A program made the translations under genes and the position numbers. A DNA stretch of 64,000 bases, taken from positions 1,302,001 to 1,366,000 of the forward strand of contig JAUPSS010000004.1 of NCBI GenBank assembly GCA_040285825.1. The letters are read 5' to 3'. This document shows positions 37,194 to 48,909 of the stretch, piece by piece (within the stretch, counting starts at the first letter, position 1; every line of letters begins with the position of its first letter). Origin of the DNA: Eukaryota sp. TZLM1-RC. Its lineage: Eukaryota > Protista > Metamonada: BaSk clade. Below the pieces are notes generated by a model. The model searched no databases and was not told the DNA's origin. It was given only the letters and a program-made list of their open reading frames with translations.

Positions 37194-38408
37194 TTAGTCC
37201 ACATTGTTGCGGTTTAGGGTGGACGAAGGCTTCTATTCGTACCTCGTGTGCTTTTGTTGGTGGATGCAGACATGCAATCTTTGAGTTTTCCGAAAGATTT
37301 GCAGATTGGGAAGATTTATTGATGACAACGCAAAGTTCCACTGTTTTTGCATTAAATGAAGAAATTTCAAGAATTGATGTAGAAAAATGGGGTCGATGTT
37401 TTCCCCAATCATTCAATGGCAATATTCCAGAAAAAAATGTTTTAAATTTAAAATACACTCTTCGAATATTACAGCAACGATTGACTGGAATGTATGAAAA
37501 AGATCTTTATAATAATATTTGCAGCTCGGCTGTTTTGAATCAAGATCTTCACTCATTGTTATTGGAAAAGGGTGTTTGTGAAAACAAGTCGTCAGATTCT
37601 TCACTTTTTGTAACTATTGTACCACGAAGATTTGGATTGTGTGCCACTAATGAAGCATTTGTAACAAAAATGAGATTATATTTGAACATCCCCATTAATC
37701 AATTATTATCAAAAGAAAAATGTATTTGTTCGAATTCACCTCAACTCACTTTGCACCATGCTCTGAATTGCTCTAAATTAATCACTTATCGTTCTTCATT
37801 ACATGATGCTGTTAGAGACACTGTTTTTAATATGGCACAAACTGCAAGGATATCGTGTATCAAAGAGCCCCTGCTGAAGGAAACACTTTCTCTGAATAAT
37901 TTTGGTTCTGATGATGAGGTGATGTATACTGTGATGAGATTGATAATTCTGCAGCTATTGTTGACTTTGTCTCATGTAATGTTGCAAATGATACTTTGGT
38001 TCACAAAAGAAAACTTAATTCTGTGGCTGCTCTGGATTTTAAAGCAAAAGAGAAACATAGAAAATATGATAAAGATATTGAAGAGGTTAATGTCGATAGA
38101 AATACACAGCTGGTTTTTATTGCTTTCCCATTTTCGATAAATGGAAGATTATCAGTTGAAGCAGAAACTTTTTTGGATGACTTCCAAAAAATGGTGCAAG
38201 AAAAAACAATGAGAAGATTTGATATATTTTTATGGCGTTCACGGATTCCATTTGCCGTTATAAATAGATTACCACGGTTCTTCAATCGAATAAGAGAAGC
38301 TTTAGCTAGACAGCAAGCAGATCAAGATTTTGTAGAAAAAATCTTGATCCAATCATAGTCGTCCCATTAGTATTGAGTTAATTTAATTAAATGTGCAAAT
38401 TCAATAAA
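37194..38408 (+). mobile_element. 5'-truncated CRE-like family A copy
   Basis: ORFs 37160-38140 and 37996-38358 match the C-terminal half; 3' UTR ends AATAAA. Confidence 0.92.
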
Positions 38409-38487
38409 TAAATTTTTACTGATATATATTTTCATTGAAGAAAGTTCATTATAAGTGAAGAAACAATAATTTTCATGGACGGACACC

Positions 38488-39838
38488 CCATGCACACTGA
38501 TGTGATCACGTTATGGCAAAATTGGTTAGATTGTAATCTTCAACTTTGTTTTAAATAACAAAACATACATTTTACCATTTATAAAATCTAAAATGATTCA
38601 AACACTTCAATCCATATTTGTGGATCACATTCACAGTGTGATCACACGTTATTGTGATCACATCACATCACATTGTGGCTTCAGTAGAAAAAACTAAATA
38701 TTGGTGAGGCTAAAATCTCCCAATAGCTCAACAGACATACATCATATTTTGGAGGTGCTATTAATAGTTAAAGTAATTAGTCATAAACTTTGTGTGCAAA
38801 AACTTGAACCTTAATATAAGCTTTTCTGCTTAATGTCTGTCTCTTCCATGGAACACGAGTCCCAGGACGATAGTTTATTCCACACTTACTGTGGGAACTC
38901 AGAAAATCCTCTATACAAACTTGTTCTTGTGCGTCACCAGAAGAAGGGCAAGTTTTACTTCCGTTGTATTTCTTGTGGGTTCGAGTCTCATGCTACATTC
39001 TCCACGCGTTTTAGTGATATGCATACTATGCGATGTCAAGAGACTCAGCAACTTCATTCAAAATTGTTATTTATGTTTTATTCAAAATTGTTTGAAGAAC
39101 TCTCAAAGTTTAAACAAGGCTCTGCTAAAACTCCTTCCATCAAGTGACATGCGACGAATGACAACGCCACTCCCCCTTCGAAAATAGAAAAGTCACTTCA
39201 ACCAGCAGAATTTACCTTTATTTCACCTCAATACAAACGCCAGCTTCTATTATCGGAATCAATATCTATTGATGACGTGAAGAAAATGGTCCAAGGTCAA
39301 ACAGCTTCTTCAATTATTTCCCTAGGTTTATCCTTTAACACTGTTGATAAACCAGACTTTCAAGCAATGTTTAACGTTGTCGGCAACGCTGTCCGCAATT
39401 ATCCACTAATGTCATCCAAATATCCTGGTCCATCGAGACATCAACTAATTCAAGTCCATCTCCCTATGCAACGAAATGTCGTAGAAACACAAGTTTCAAA
39501 AAATCTTCCCCAATGTGCAAAAGTATTCATTCAAACTCTCTATCGATGGATACTCTGCTAAACCAGAACCAAGACTGAACAAAATTTTGATGATCAACGG
39601 GTTTAGTTTTTTCATTGGCTTTCATGCAACAGAAAATAATCAAATCAATGGAGATTACATTACATGTGATCATCACATAGAATATAGGATTAGATTTTTG
39701 TGACTCAATTTAATGAACAGTGTTTGTCATTCAATGTATACTGTTTTCATTACATCTTTAAAATTACCATATAGATTCATAAATACTCAAGTTGTGATTA
39801 CATAGTGATGGTGATCACAGTGTGATAATGTGATCACA
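38488..39838 (+). mobile_element. hAT-like DNA transposon remnant
   Basis: C-x2-C..H..C BED-like finger (ORF 38833-39147), LSFNTVDKPDFQAMF..PSRHQL, SIDGYS first catalytic Asp; clustered GTGATCAC motifs on both sides. Confidence 0.6.
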
Positions 39839-39988
39839 ATTTAATAGATTACCGCGGTTTTTCAATCGAATTAGAGAAGCTTTAGCTAGACAGCAAGCAA
39901 ATCAAGATTTTGTAGAGGAAATCTTGGTTTAATGATAGTCGTCCCATTAGTTATGATTTAAATTAATCAAGTGGGCAAATTCAATGAA
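39838..39988 (+). mobile_element. 3'-end fragment of CRE-like family A
   Basis: Matches the family 3' terminus; ends 26 bp before the ATG18 start codon. Confidence 0.9.
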
Positions 39989-40014
39989 TACGAACAATTT
40001 TCCCAGAAAGCATA

Positions 40015-41148
40015 ATGCTTCTTACATACTCCTTTAATGCTTTAGGAACATGCTTAGGTGTTGGTACTTCTGAAGGCGTATTCGAGTGTTACAACTGCGA
40101 TGGCAAAGCCTGGCGTGGAGCTCTTCTCTCCCGTAATGTCCAAAGTGGTATAAGAATAGTTGAACTCCTTTTCCACTCTTCCTCCCTCTTTCTTGTCGGT
40201 GATTTCCCAAAGGACAATGCCACTTCTCTTTCTCAATGGGCCCCCAACAAACTTCGCATATGGTCAGACTCACAGCGTTTTATTGTAGGAGAGCTTAAGT
40301 TTGACTCTCCGATTACCAACGTTAAGGTTAACTCTTCGATATTGGTTATCTCATTATCTGACACTATTTACATTTACCGTCTCTCGGACCTCGTATTAAT
40401 TGAATCATTCCCGTGCTATTCCGCCCCTCTGCCACGTGGCACCACGTCATTACCCACCACATCACCCCTCGCTGTTTCCCCTACCCAGGATCCATGTGAG
40501 CCGTCTGTCCTAGCTTGTCTCGGTGAATCTGCTGGTGAAATGCGCCTAGTTTATGTGTCGGCCAAGGACGGCACTGTTATTTCTGTGTTATCTCACCAAG
40601 CCCACAAGCACCCTATTGAAACAATTTGCCTTGCTCATTGTGGTGATTACGTGGCAACAGCTGGACAAAAAGGTTTGGTTTTTCTTTTGTTTCATTTTAG
40701 GCACCTTGATTAGGCTCTTCAAGATTAGCGATCAACACAAACCAACTCTGATTTGGCAGTTTCGGAGGGGTTTAAAACCAAAACAGATATCCTCAATGGC
40801 TTTTTCACACTCATTGGACCTTTTGGCAGTTGTGTCTACCTTTGGAACAATTCATTTGTTTGACATTCGTGATGCTGTTGAAAGCGCCAACAATATTGTT
40901 TGTTTTTTATTTGTTTATCTCAGGTTGTTTCAGATGAAACTGTTAATGTGGACTGTACACGATCCGTTTTTCAGTATTCTTTAAGCCAAGACACTAGACC
41001 AGTTTTGTCTTTTGGCAATAATGATGAAGTTTTGAATGTTGCAATGAATAACGGCGTTTTCCAGCAATTTGATGTGATTAAGCAACGAAGCGTGAGTGAT
41101 TTTGTTAGATTGGTTCCTGGAACCACTGGAAGATTCTATGGTGACTAG
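40015..41148 (+). CDS. ATG18: ATG18/WIPI-family PROPPIN (WD40, phosphoinositide binding); introns 40673-40700 and 40898-40923
   Basis: AHKHPIETI..ATAGQK|GTLIRLF..FRRG..STFGTIHLF; removing two GT-AG introns joins ORFs 40015, 40553 and 40900 in frame. Confidence 0.88.
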
Positions 41149-41351
41149 ATATGTACTGGAAAGTTTTGTAAAATAAAATAATAATAATAATGAAATATTA
41201 ATGATAATAAAATATTTATTTATTTAGAATAATAACATTTACAGAAATAAAACAAACTAAAACACATAAGAAACAAAGGGATCAATTGTTGTAGAATCCA
41301 CAACAACGATTTTTGTAAAATAAAAAAATAAGAATAATAATAATAAAATAT

Positions 41352-41502
41352 AGAGTTCTCACTGCGTTGTGGAAACACACAGCCACCCTTTTACCTCGCC
41401 ATGTTTGTCCCAATATGATCACATTCTTTGGTGGTTTATTCATGATTTGTACTTACATTTACATCACCCTATCCCACAACGACCTTTTTGTATCCCCTCT
41501 TC
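41352..41502 (+). pseudogene. About 150-bp duplicated fragment of the phosphotransferase gene at 11433-12551
   Basis: Near-identical to the reverse complement of about 12325-12476 (WKHTATLLPRHV.PNMITFFGG..). Confidence 0.9.
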
Positions 41503-41589
41503 AGTTTTGTAAAATATTAATATTATTATATAAAGTGATTTTATGTAAAAATTTCTATAAATAACTGATGGAAATGAGGAAAAATTATG

Positions 41590-41948
41590 ATGAATTCATC
41601 AATATTACTTGTGACAAATATGGAGACCTATCACCAACACGCTACAAAATAAACTCCAAATGTCTTAATATTGATGAATGCTAACTTGTTAAGGATTCCA
41701 TGCCTTATCATTTCCATCACATTCTTCTATTCCAACATCAGATCGACATCTTCACAAAGCATGACATTTCACAGTAGGGCATTTATTTCATCTAAATGAC
41801 TCTCTGGTCCACAAAAGAAAGCATTTGGGGAGGATTGCCAGGTGTTGTACCGAATAAGAATAAACTCTATTTTTTCAATTTTGTCATGTTCATATTGTAA
41901 TATTCATTGAGGATGAAAATCTTCTGATGTCAGTCTTTTTCACACTAT
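41590..41948. repeat. Dispersed repeat; inverted copy of 20096-20460
   Basis: Block-wise identity to 20096-20460 in opposite orientation. Confidence 0.8.
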
Positions 41949-42466
41949 CCTAAAAGAACAGTTTATTTGAAATGATCGTCTTCTCTTGTATTTAAACCAT
42001 TATTACCATTATCCAATAAAATAGTCTGACGATAACAAAAAATGATCCTTTCACATTTGGTTTTCTTTTCGTTGGACCGTAACCTCGTTCTACGTTATGG
42101 ATAACTCATTTTTCAAAGGCATCAGTGATGGAGCTAAATCGCTGTGTTGGAGGTAGGGGAAGCTTCCTGAGGTCACATCTCCATAATTTTGGCATGTGAA
42201 TCGAGTAGTGTAGAAGGAACACTTCGTTCCACAAGTTTACAAATTCTGTGCCGAAAGGTTACAACTTTCCCCAATTTCCATGATTATTTGCAGCTGAATC
42301 TTTTCTTGTTCGTGTTTAGGTAGTTCCAAAGGTGTGAGGTTCTGTCTTTTTCAAAAAAAATGAAGCAGAAACACCATAAAAAAATGAAGTTTTATTCAAA
42401 ATTGTTCAATCCGAATCATCAAAAAGCAAACCGTAAACATGCCTGCTGATTCTACCTCTGTTTTCA

Positions 42467-45367
42467 CTATTTTCGGTTTAACAAAACTTCCAATCTAACT
42501 TGGGATTGAGGTAGAGCTAATTGTCCTTTTAAAACACTCTTTGACTCTTCGATTGCACAGTATCGGGGATAAACATCATTGAATTGGTCATAAGGATACT
42601 GAATACACCATGGAAAACAAGATAATTCAACTAAACATTCATTCTTAATAAGTTTAGCTGATTGAATTAAACCTTCATTCATGAACTTTGTTGGAGATAG
42701 GGAAGAAGGAAACAATGTATGTGCAGGTCTAATCAATTGAATGAATTTCAAAGAAGGAAAGTTTTGTTCAGTGATATTGGTAGGAATTGCTTCATGAAAT
42801 ATCAACTCCTTAATGTTTGGTAATTGAATTTCAATATTTACAGGTTCTTCCAACCAAATATCCAATCTAACAACGGATTGATGTAAAGGTATTCGTCCTT
42901 CTAATAATTGTTTTGAATTTTCAGTAGCAATAAATATGAATTGATCACAAGGATATTGAATACACCATGGAAAACAAGATAATTCAACTAAATATTCTTT
43001 CTTAATAAGTTGAACAGATTTAATTAAACCTTCATTCATGAACTTCGTTGGAGATAGGGAAGAAGGAAACAATGTAGGTGCAGGTCTAATCAATTGAATG
43101 AATTTCAAAGAAGGAAAGTTTTGTTCAGTGATATTGGTAGGAAATGCTTCATGAATAAATAATTGCTTCAATTCCTTAATGTTTGGTAATTCAAGATCGT
43201 ATCTCCCAGAACGAAATACTTCCAATCTAACAATGGATTGAGGTAAAGGAACTTGCCCTTCTACTATGTATCGTGAAATGTCTTGAGACATCACAACCAG
43301 CTCTTTTAATGATGTTAGATAGCTTAAATCAATGACCTCAATGTTTCTATTTCTCAGCACCAACTTCACTAGTGAAGAGGGTGATTGTTCTATATTGATT
43401 CCACAGTCAAGTTCCAGGTATTTAAGATTTGGTAAATGTGCAAAGTTTAAGGAAAACTTTCTAACAGATCTCCGCCAAGCATCAGGCTTAACAACCTCAA
43501 CATTTGGGAAAAATGTCAAGAACTCTGGATCAAAAACCACATTGAAGCAAACATCAAGTTTTTTAATTCTAGTATTACTTTGGGACCTTTATAATCAGTT
43601 AACAATTGCAATTGCAAATCATAAATATTTTCGTTTAAATTTAAATCTTGAGGATCTTTTAAAAATTCAAAACCATTAATCACTTGTTTAGCAAATTTAG
43701 CCACTTTCTTGCTAATGATACATTTAGTAAAGAATCTAGCTTTTGTATAAGGATGGTTACCAAACAATTTTTTCAAATATTGTAAATATTCAAAATAAAT
43801 TAATTTGATGAGACCACTAAACATGCTGTCCAAAGGTTGTATTGGATAATCAAAGGATCCAAGTATCTCAGAACCAAATACTTTGACAGGTTGCGGTCGA
43901 TCAATCAAATCACCAGTACCTAATTGACCTCGATAGTTCCTTCCCCAAGCCCAAACAGTGTTTTTGTTGTAGGCAAAAAGGAAGTTATAACCTACTGAAA
44001 TACCTTCTATATTAGTGAAAGCTTCAATCATTAGGGGTTGATTAGTGTCCTTACACAAATCACTGATTCTACTCAACTGACCCCAAACAAAAACTTTACC
44101 ATTGTTGTCAATGGCAGCGTAGATTCCATCATTGTATCGCGAATCTATCTCGTGACAACACCAACATGTTCAACCACTTATATGAACAATATTACTTAAG
44201 CCTGGACCTTTGATGGGTTTGTTACTGAATGGAATTTCATCGTCAAAAGCACTCCCCTTGTCGAACTTCCATACATCACCATTAACGTCAATAATAAATA
44301 AACAATCCCCAGAAAAGAAAAAGGAATTACGAAATGGTTTCCTGGGAGTAATATACTTGCTGACATCTATCTTGGTGGTTGTGGAAGCAGTATCAAGGCA
44401 TTCACCATCTGAATCATAATCCACGCAGTCTGTGTTGTGAAAAAAGAAAACACCATTAACATCAACTGCTACAAAAGAAGAACAGCACACAGACATAAAG
44501 ACAATTTTGTTGAGTCCTTCGATTGTCATATGAGTATCCCAATCAAATTTATACCTTTCAAAATGAATAACTTTCCCTCCTTCGATCAAAGCAAAAATAC
44601 TTCTATCCATGCAAGTTGAGATATAGAATTCCTTTAATTTGTCCCTGAATTGACAGTGTTTCATTAATTCTGCTCGGCTCAAATAGCCAACATCATCATC
44701 ATCATCATCAAGGGCTTTGTTTACCAAAAAGTCAAGCTCCTTAAGGGGAGAAAAGGTGATAAAGTCATTTCTGAAAGATGACAAAAATGGTGTGGCGATT
44801 AAGTTATGATGATAGGGAATAATAAATGCCCCAAAAATAAACCGCACCAGAAAAGATGAGTAGAAAAATATGTTTCTTACCAGCAAAAATGGACTTAACC
44901 CCAAACACTTTTTCCGATCGATCGGGGAAGTGTGCTAATTCTTGGTCAATTGGAGAGGGGTGATCTAATGTAGGATCTGAGGAGGCAGGTTGCAGAGGAC
45001 ATCCATTATTTACAATTGAGTCTGGTTTTTGGTCGGATTGTGGATCGAATGAATGGGGAGGAGAGGTGCATTGCGGAGAACTACATGGTAAGTCTGACAG
45101 TAGATAGTGATCAACAGAGAAACGAGAGGGACATTGTAATTCCTCATCAATGGTGGAGGAGAGTTCAGTGGTAGTTGGGATGGAGTCATGGGAAACATCG
45201 GAAACAGGTTGCGAGAAGCTATTTTGGCGTCCCCCTGGTTGAAATACAACCGGGGCTTCAAGCTCATGCTTGGGAGGGGGCTTTGGGCAACCTTGATCAT
45301 TACTGTCCTTTCCAGAACAAGAAATGATAGTGCTATCACAAGGCAAGCTGTCTTGGTTTTGACACAT
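42467..45367 (-). pseudogene. RCC1-repeat plus LRR protein, frameshifted
   Basis: Four consecutive ORFs: S/P-rich N-terminus, RCC1 blades (VWAWGRNYRGQLGTGDLIDR), LRRs (LPNLKYLEL, DLSYLTSLKEL); internal duplication with 360-bp offset (about 42520-42830 vs 42880-43190). Confidence 0.75.
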
Positions 45368-45544
45368 AATAGTGAGATGAAGATGAATGCACGTAAAAGA
45401 AAAATTTGGTTGATAAATGACTGTCAATAATTCCTTATCATGCATTTTCTTAGTCTTGAATTTTCTTACTGATCCAAAAGTGCTTTCGTTGGTGGTATAA
45501 AAAATTTTGTTCTTGAGTGGAAACTCCGGTTTGATCAAATTCCT

Positions 45545-45677
45545 TTGATTGAGTTATATTCTTTATTGAAGTCTCTTGAAAACATGGTGCAGGAACTACC
45601 TATTGATGTGTGAAATAAGTGTATTCTTTCAAGTTTGCCTTCTGTGCCTTCCAGGTCTTTGACTTATCTTCAGCTTG
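45545..45677 (+). mobile_element. Left part of an RLE non-LTR remnant split by the gypsy insertion
   Basis: Reads ELPIDV*NKCILSSLPSVPSRSLTYLQL and continues AVVKLQK at 53024 once one TSD is removed. Confidence 0.7.
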
Positions 45678-45816
45678 TGATAATCTGCGGGGGTTAGACA
45701 TTATACCTGAATGTAGAGTAACTTATTACAAGGGAATGAGGATTTCCCTTAACTTAAGCGCATGGGCGCAATAATACAATAACTATTAATAAACTATAAA
45801 TAAACTATTATAAATA

Positions 45817-47517
45817 TTATCCAAGGCTAACACTGCCCTTTCTTCTTTTCGAGCGTCGAGGTCTGATAGGAGTTGGATTAACATTATTGTTAATATTATC
45901 AGAACGACGTTTACGGCGTGAAGGACGAGAGCGAGTATTAGAAATAGACTTGGAGAATTCTTTATAGGCAGAGGTGTTTTGAACAGTCGAAACCAGCTCA
46001 GTGGTAATATGATTGCCATGCCATTGGACTTGACAGTAATCACCATCCTGACTGAGGACTTTCTGGATCACGTGCTCTTCTGCATCGCCAGCAGCAACCC
46101 AGGAGTGAAATTCATCATCTGCTGGTAAACTGGAATGCCAAGGTTGGAGGTGCTTCACACTGGCTTTAACAACCATACCAGTACACAGATTCTTGATGTC
46201 AGCTGTGGAGGTAGAGGGTGTGTCAATAACTAAGAATGGTCCTTTGTAATTACCATGTAACTTAGCAGTGGAAGACGAAGCTCGTTTGACCAATTGGCCA
46301 GGAGAGAAAGGGTTGCCTTCGATTTGGGAATCATGAGGAGGAGCCTTGGAAGCTTGACGGTGCTCGGCTTCCTCCTGTTTCTTCTTCAATCTAGCAAATT
46401 TAGATTGAATGTCGTTGATATATGTTGACTCAGACGTTGAGCTTCCGAGGGTCTCTATGATTTTGTCGGGGTCAGCTCTTGGGCTAAAATCTGAACCAAA
46501 CATGAGCTCGTATGGAGAGTAACCTGTAATCGAACTCTTGGATGAGTTGATTAACAATTGTACATAGGGTATGTACTCTGACCATGCATCGTAGGCGTTA
46601 AAATCTACGAGCAGCTTCCTCAAATTCTGCAAAATGTCTCGGTGACGGCGTTCGACTAAACCGTTGGACTGAGAGAAGTGAGGGACGGACTTTGAGACCT
46701 CTTTACCCAAAAACTCACATAGAGCGTTGAAGACAGCTTTTGAGAACTCAGGACCGTTGTCACTATGATCTATGAACGGGATCCCGAATATCGCACATAC
46801 CTTCCATATGAGAGCGTCAGCGGTAAGGTTGGCGTTGAGTTCTTTGAGGGGGACTATGATAGTGAACCTCGTGAAGCTATCCACAAATACAAGAATGTAT
46901 CTGTGGCCGTCTTGATCTTCTGGAAGAGGACCAATGACGTCGACGTTAACTCTTGCAAATGGTCTGTCAGCCCACAAGGAACGAGTTGTAGGGACATGCA
47001 GTTTGGGGACTGCTGCTGTCTTCTGACAGGAGGGGCATTCCTGGATGTGCTTGGTCATGTCAGAAAGCATGTTAGGCCACCAGTAGTCGCTGTTCTTGAG
47101 CCTGAGGAGACCTTCTGCCTTACTGGGGTGGCCACCTTGCGGGAGTCCGTGTAGAAGGTTAAGCGTATCCTTAACCAGTGATTGAGGAATCACGATCTTG
47201 TGCTCTTGAGTTAGATAAAGATCTAGACGACTATCCAAAGTACAGTTGTTAAACGAGGTGTCCTGATTAGCGAGGGCTCGCTTTTGTTCGGACCTGATCT
47301 TGCAGAGCCATGGCTCGAAGAGTGGGAGGTCATTGGAGCATTTATCTTGAAGGATAAGCACCTTCTCGAATGTGTGGAGATCTTCAACGAAGCATCTCTC
47401 TGACTCAGTTTCATCAATCCTATTTGTGTAGTAGATAGGGTGAAACTCTTGGTCGTTGGAATGGACCAGATGGTTGATGGTATGATTGTCTTGGGGCGGT
47501 ACCATCCTAGATAGCAT
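45817..47517 (-). CDS. Integrase with HHCC, DDE, GPY/F and chromodomain-like tail
   Basis: H..GGH..CPSC; VDVIGP, SDNGPEF, NGLVER; YKGPF; EEHVIQKVLSQDGDYCQVQWHG. Confidence 0.9.
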   Translation of the reverse strand: MLSRMVPPQDNHTINHLVHSNDQEFHPIYYTNRIDETESERCFVEDLHTFEKVLILQDKCSNDLPLFEPWLCKIRSEQKRALANQDTSFNNCTLDSRLDLYLTQEHKIVIPQSLVKDTLNLLHGLPQGGHPSKAEGLLRLKNSDYWWPNMLSDMTKHIQECPSCQKTAAVPKLHVPTTRSLWADRPFARVNVDVIGPLPEDQDGHRYILVFVDSFTRFTIIVPLKELNANLTADALIWKVCAIFGIPFIDHSDNGPEFSKAVFNALCEFLGKEVSKSVPHFSQSNGLVERRHRDILQNLRKLLVDFNAYDAWSEYIPYVQLLINSSKSSITGYSPYELMFGSDFSPRADPDKIIETLGSSTSESTYINDIQSKFARLKKKQEEAEHRQASKAPPHDSQIEGNPFSPGQLVKRASSSTAKLHGNYKGPFLVIDTPSTSTADIKNLCTGMVVKASVKHLQPWHSSLPADDEFHSWVAAGDAEEHVIQKVLSQDGDYCQVQWHGNHITTELVSTVQNTSAYKEFSKSISNTRSRPSRRKRRSDNINNNVNPTPIRPRRSKRRKGSVSLG

Positions 47518-48909
47518 GTCTGCCCAATGGTTCTCTTCCCTTTTTGTATGAACGATGTCGAATAGGAACTCAGATCAGATGGGAAGCCACCTTCTGACTA
47601 TTCTGTTTTTGTTCGGAGCGGTTAACATGTATGTAAGGTTTTGGTCATCTGTGAAAATGATCAGGTGCCTTACTTTGATGTAGTTCTTGAAGCCACTTTC
47701 GGTAAGCATGAAAAGGATAGCATAAAGCTCTTTCTGTACCGTGGGCCAGTTCTGCTGGAAGTTAGCTAACAATCTGCTGAAGAAGCTGATTCGTCTACAT
47801 TTCTTATTAAATAAGGAAGTACCAAGGTCCTTAATGGGTTCTATTTGTTCCTAAGTAACGCCGCCAACTGCTGAATCAGAGGCATCGCAACTAATAAGTA
47901 CTTGGTTATCCACCGAAGGTAAGTTTAGAGGCAGATGCTCCGCGATCAGACGTTTAATTTCGGCTAAATGGTAATCGTGAGTGTCTTTCCAGTGCAAGCG
48001 ACGTGGTTTGTTATGTGTTAATTTGATGATCGGGGCAACATGCTTGGTTACCTGGGGAAGCCATTCCCTAATGAAGTTGACTGAGCCGATAAGGCTACGG
48101 GCGTCTTTCACAGTCTTAGGTCTGGGAAGATTCAGTAAAGACTCTGTGTGTGTAGGATCTATGGTCCTGGTTTTGTGTTGGAATCTGCTACCAAGGATCT
48201 TTATTGGGTGTCTAGAGGACACAAAATGGCACTTGGGCAGTCCAAGGCTAACTCTACGGGTTCGAGCCTTCTCGAGGACACGTCTTAGACATCCGAGGAA
48301 CTCGTTGAAAGTTCTACCTACTATAATGATGTTATCTATTTAGATGAATACACCGTCTCCGGAGAAGATGTCTGCCATAACGTTCTGGAAAACTGCAGGA
48401 ACGTTCTTGAGGCCGAAAGCAGCACGTTTAAACATGATACTTTTGCCAGGGATGCTTAAGGCAGTCTTCTCCCAGTCCTTTTCTGCAATTTTTAGCTGTC
48501 AAAAGGCTTTGGGGAGGTCAAGGGTACCGATGAAATTGGCTTCCGAAAGGAAGACTAGCACATCGGATATTCTAGAGAGATTAGGTTCTACGGGAACAGT
48601 GTTGGCGTTGACTCCGTCCTTGCCGCTGTAATCACCAGTAAGGCGAGGCTTACGATGATCAGGGTATACCACAAGACATACTGGAGAGCTGAACTCATGG
48701 TTCAATGGTACAGCAAATCCAGACTCGACGAGTTAATCGAAGATCTGTTCGGCGACTTTCTGTTTCTCGGGGTTTAACCTACGAGGGGGTCGTCTGACTC
48801 GAATACTTTCATCATGAAAGTTGATCTCCATTAGAGGACAGTCAATCCCATCAGCATGCGGCTTAAGGGTGAATGTCTCTTCTAACTCTTTCAAGGTTAG
48901 AAGTAAGGT
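47518..48909 (-). pseudogene. Disrupted RT and RNase H of the gypsy element
   Basis: SSPVCLVV, LDLPKAF, catalytic YIDD decayed to *IDN, CDASDSAVGG, KELYAI; several stops. Confidence 0.88.
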
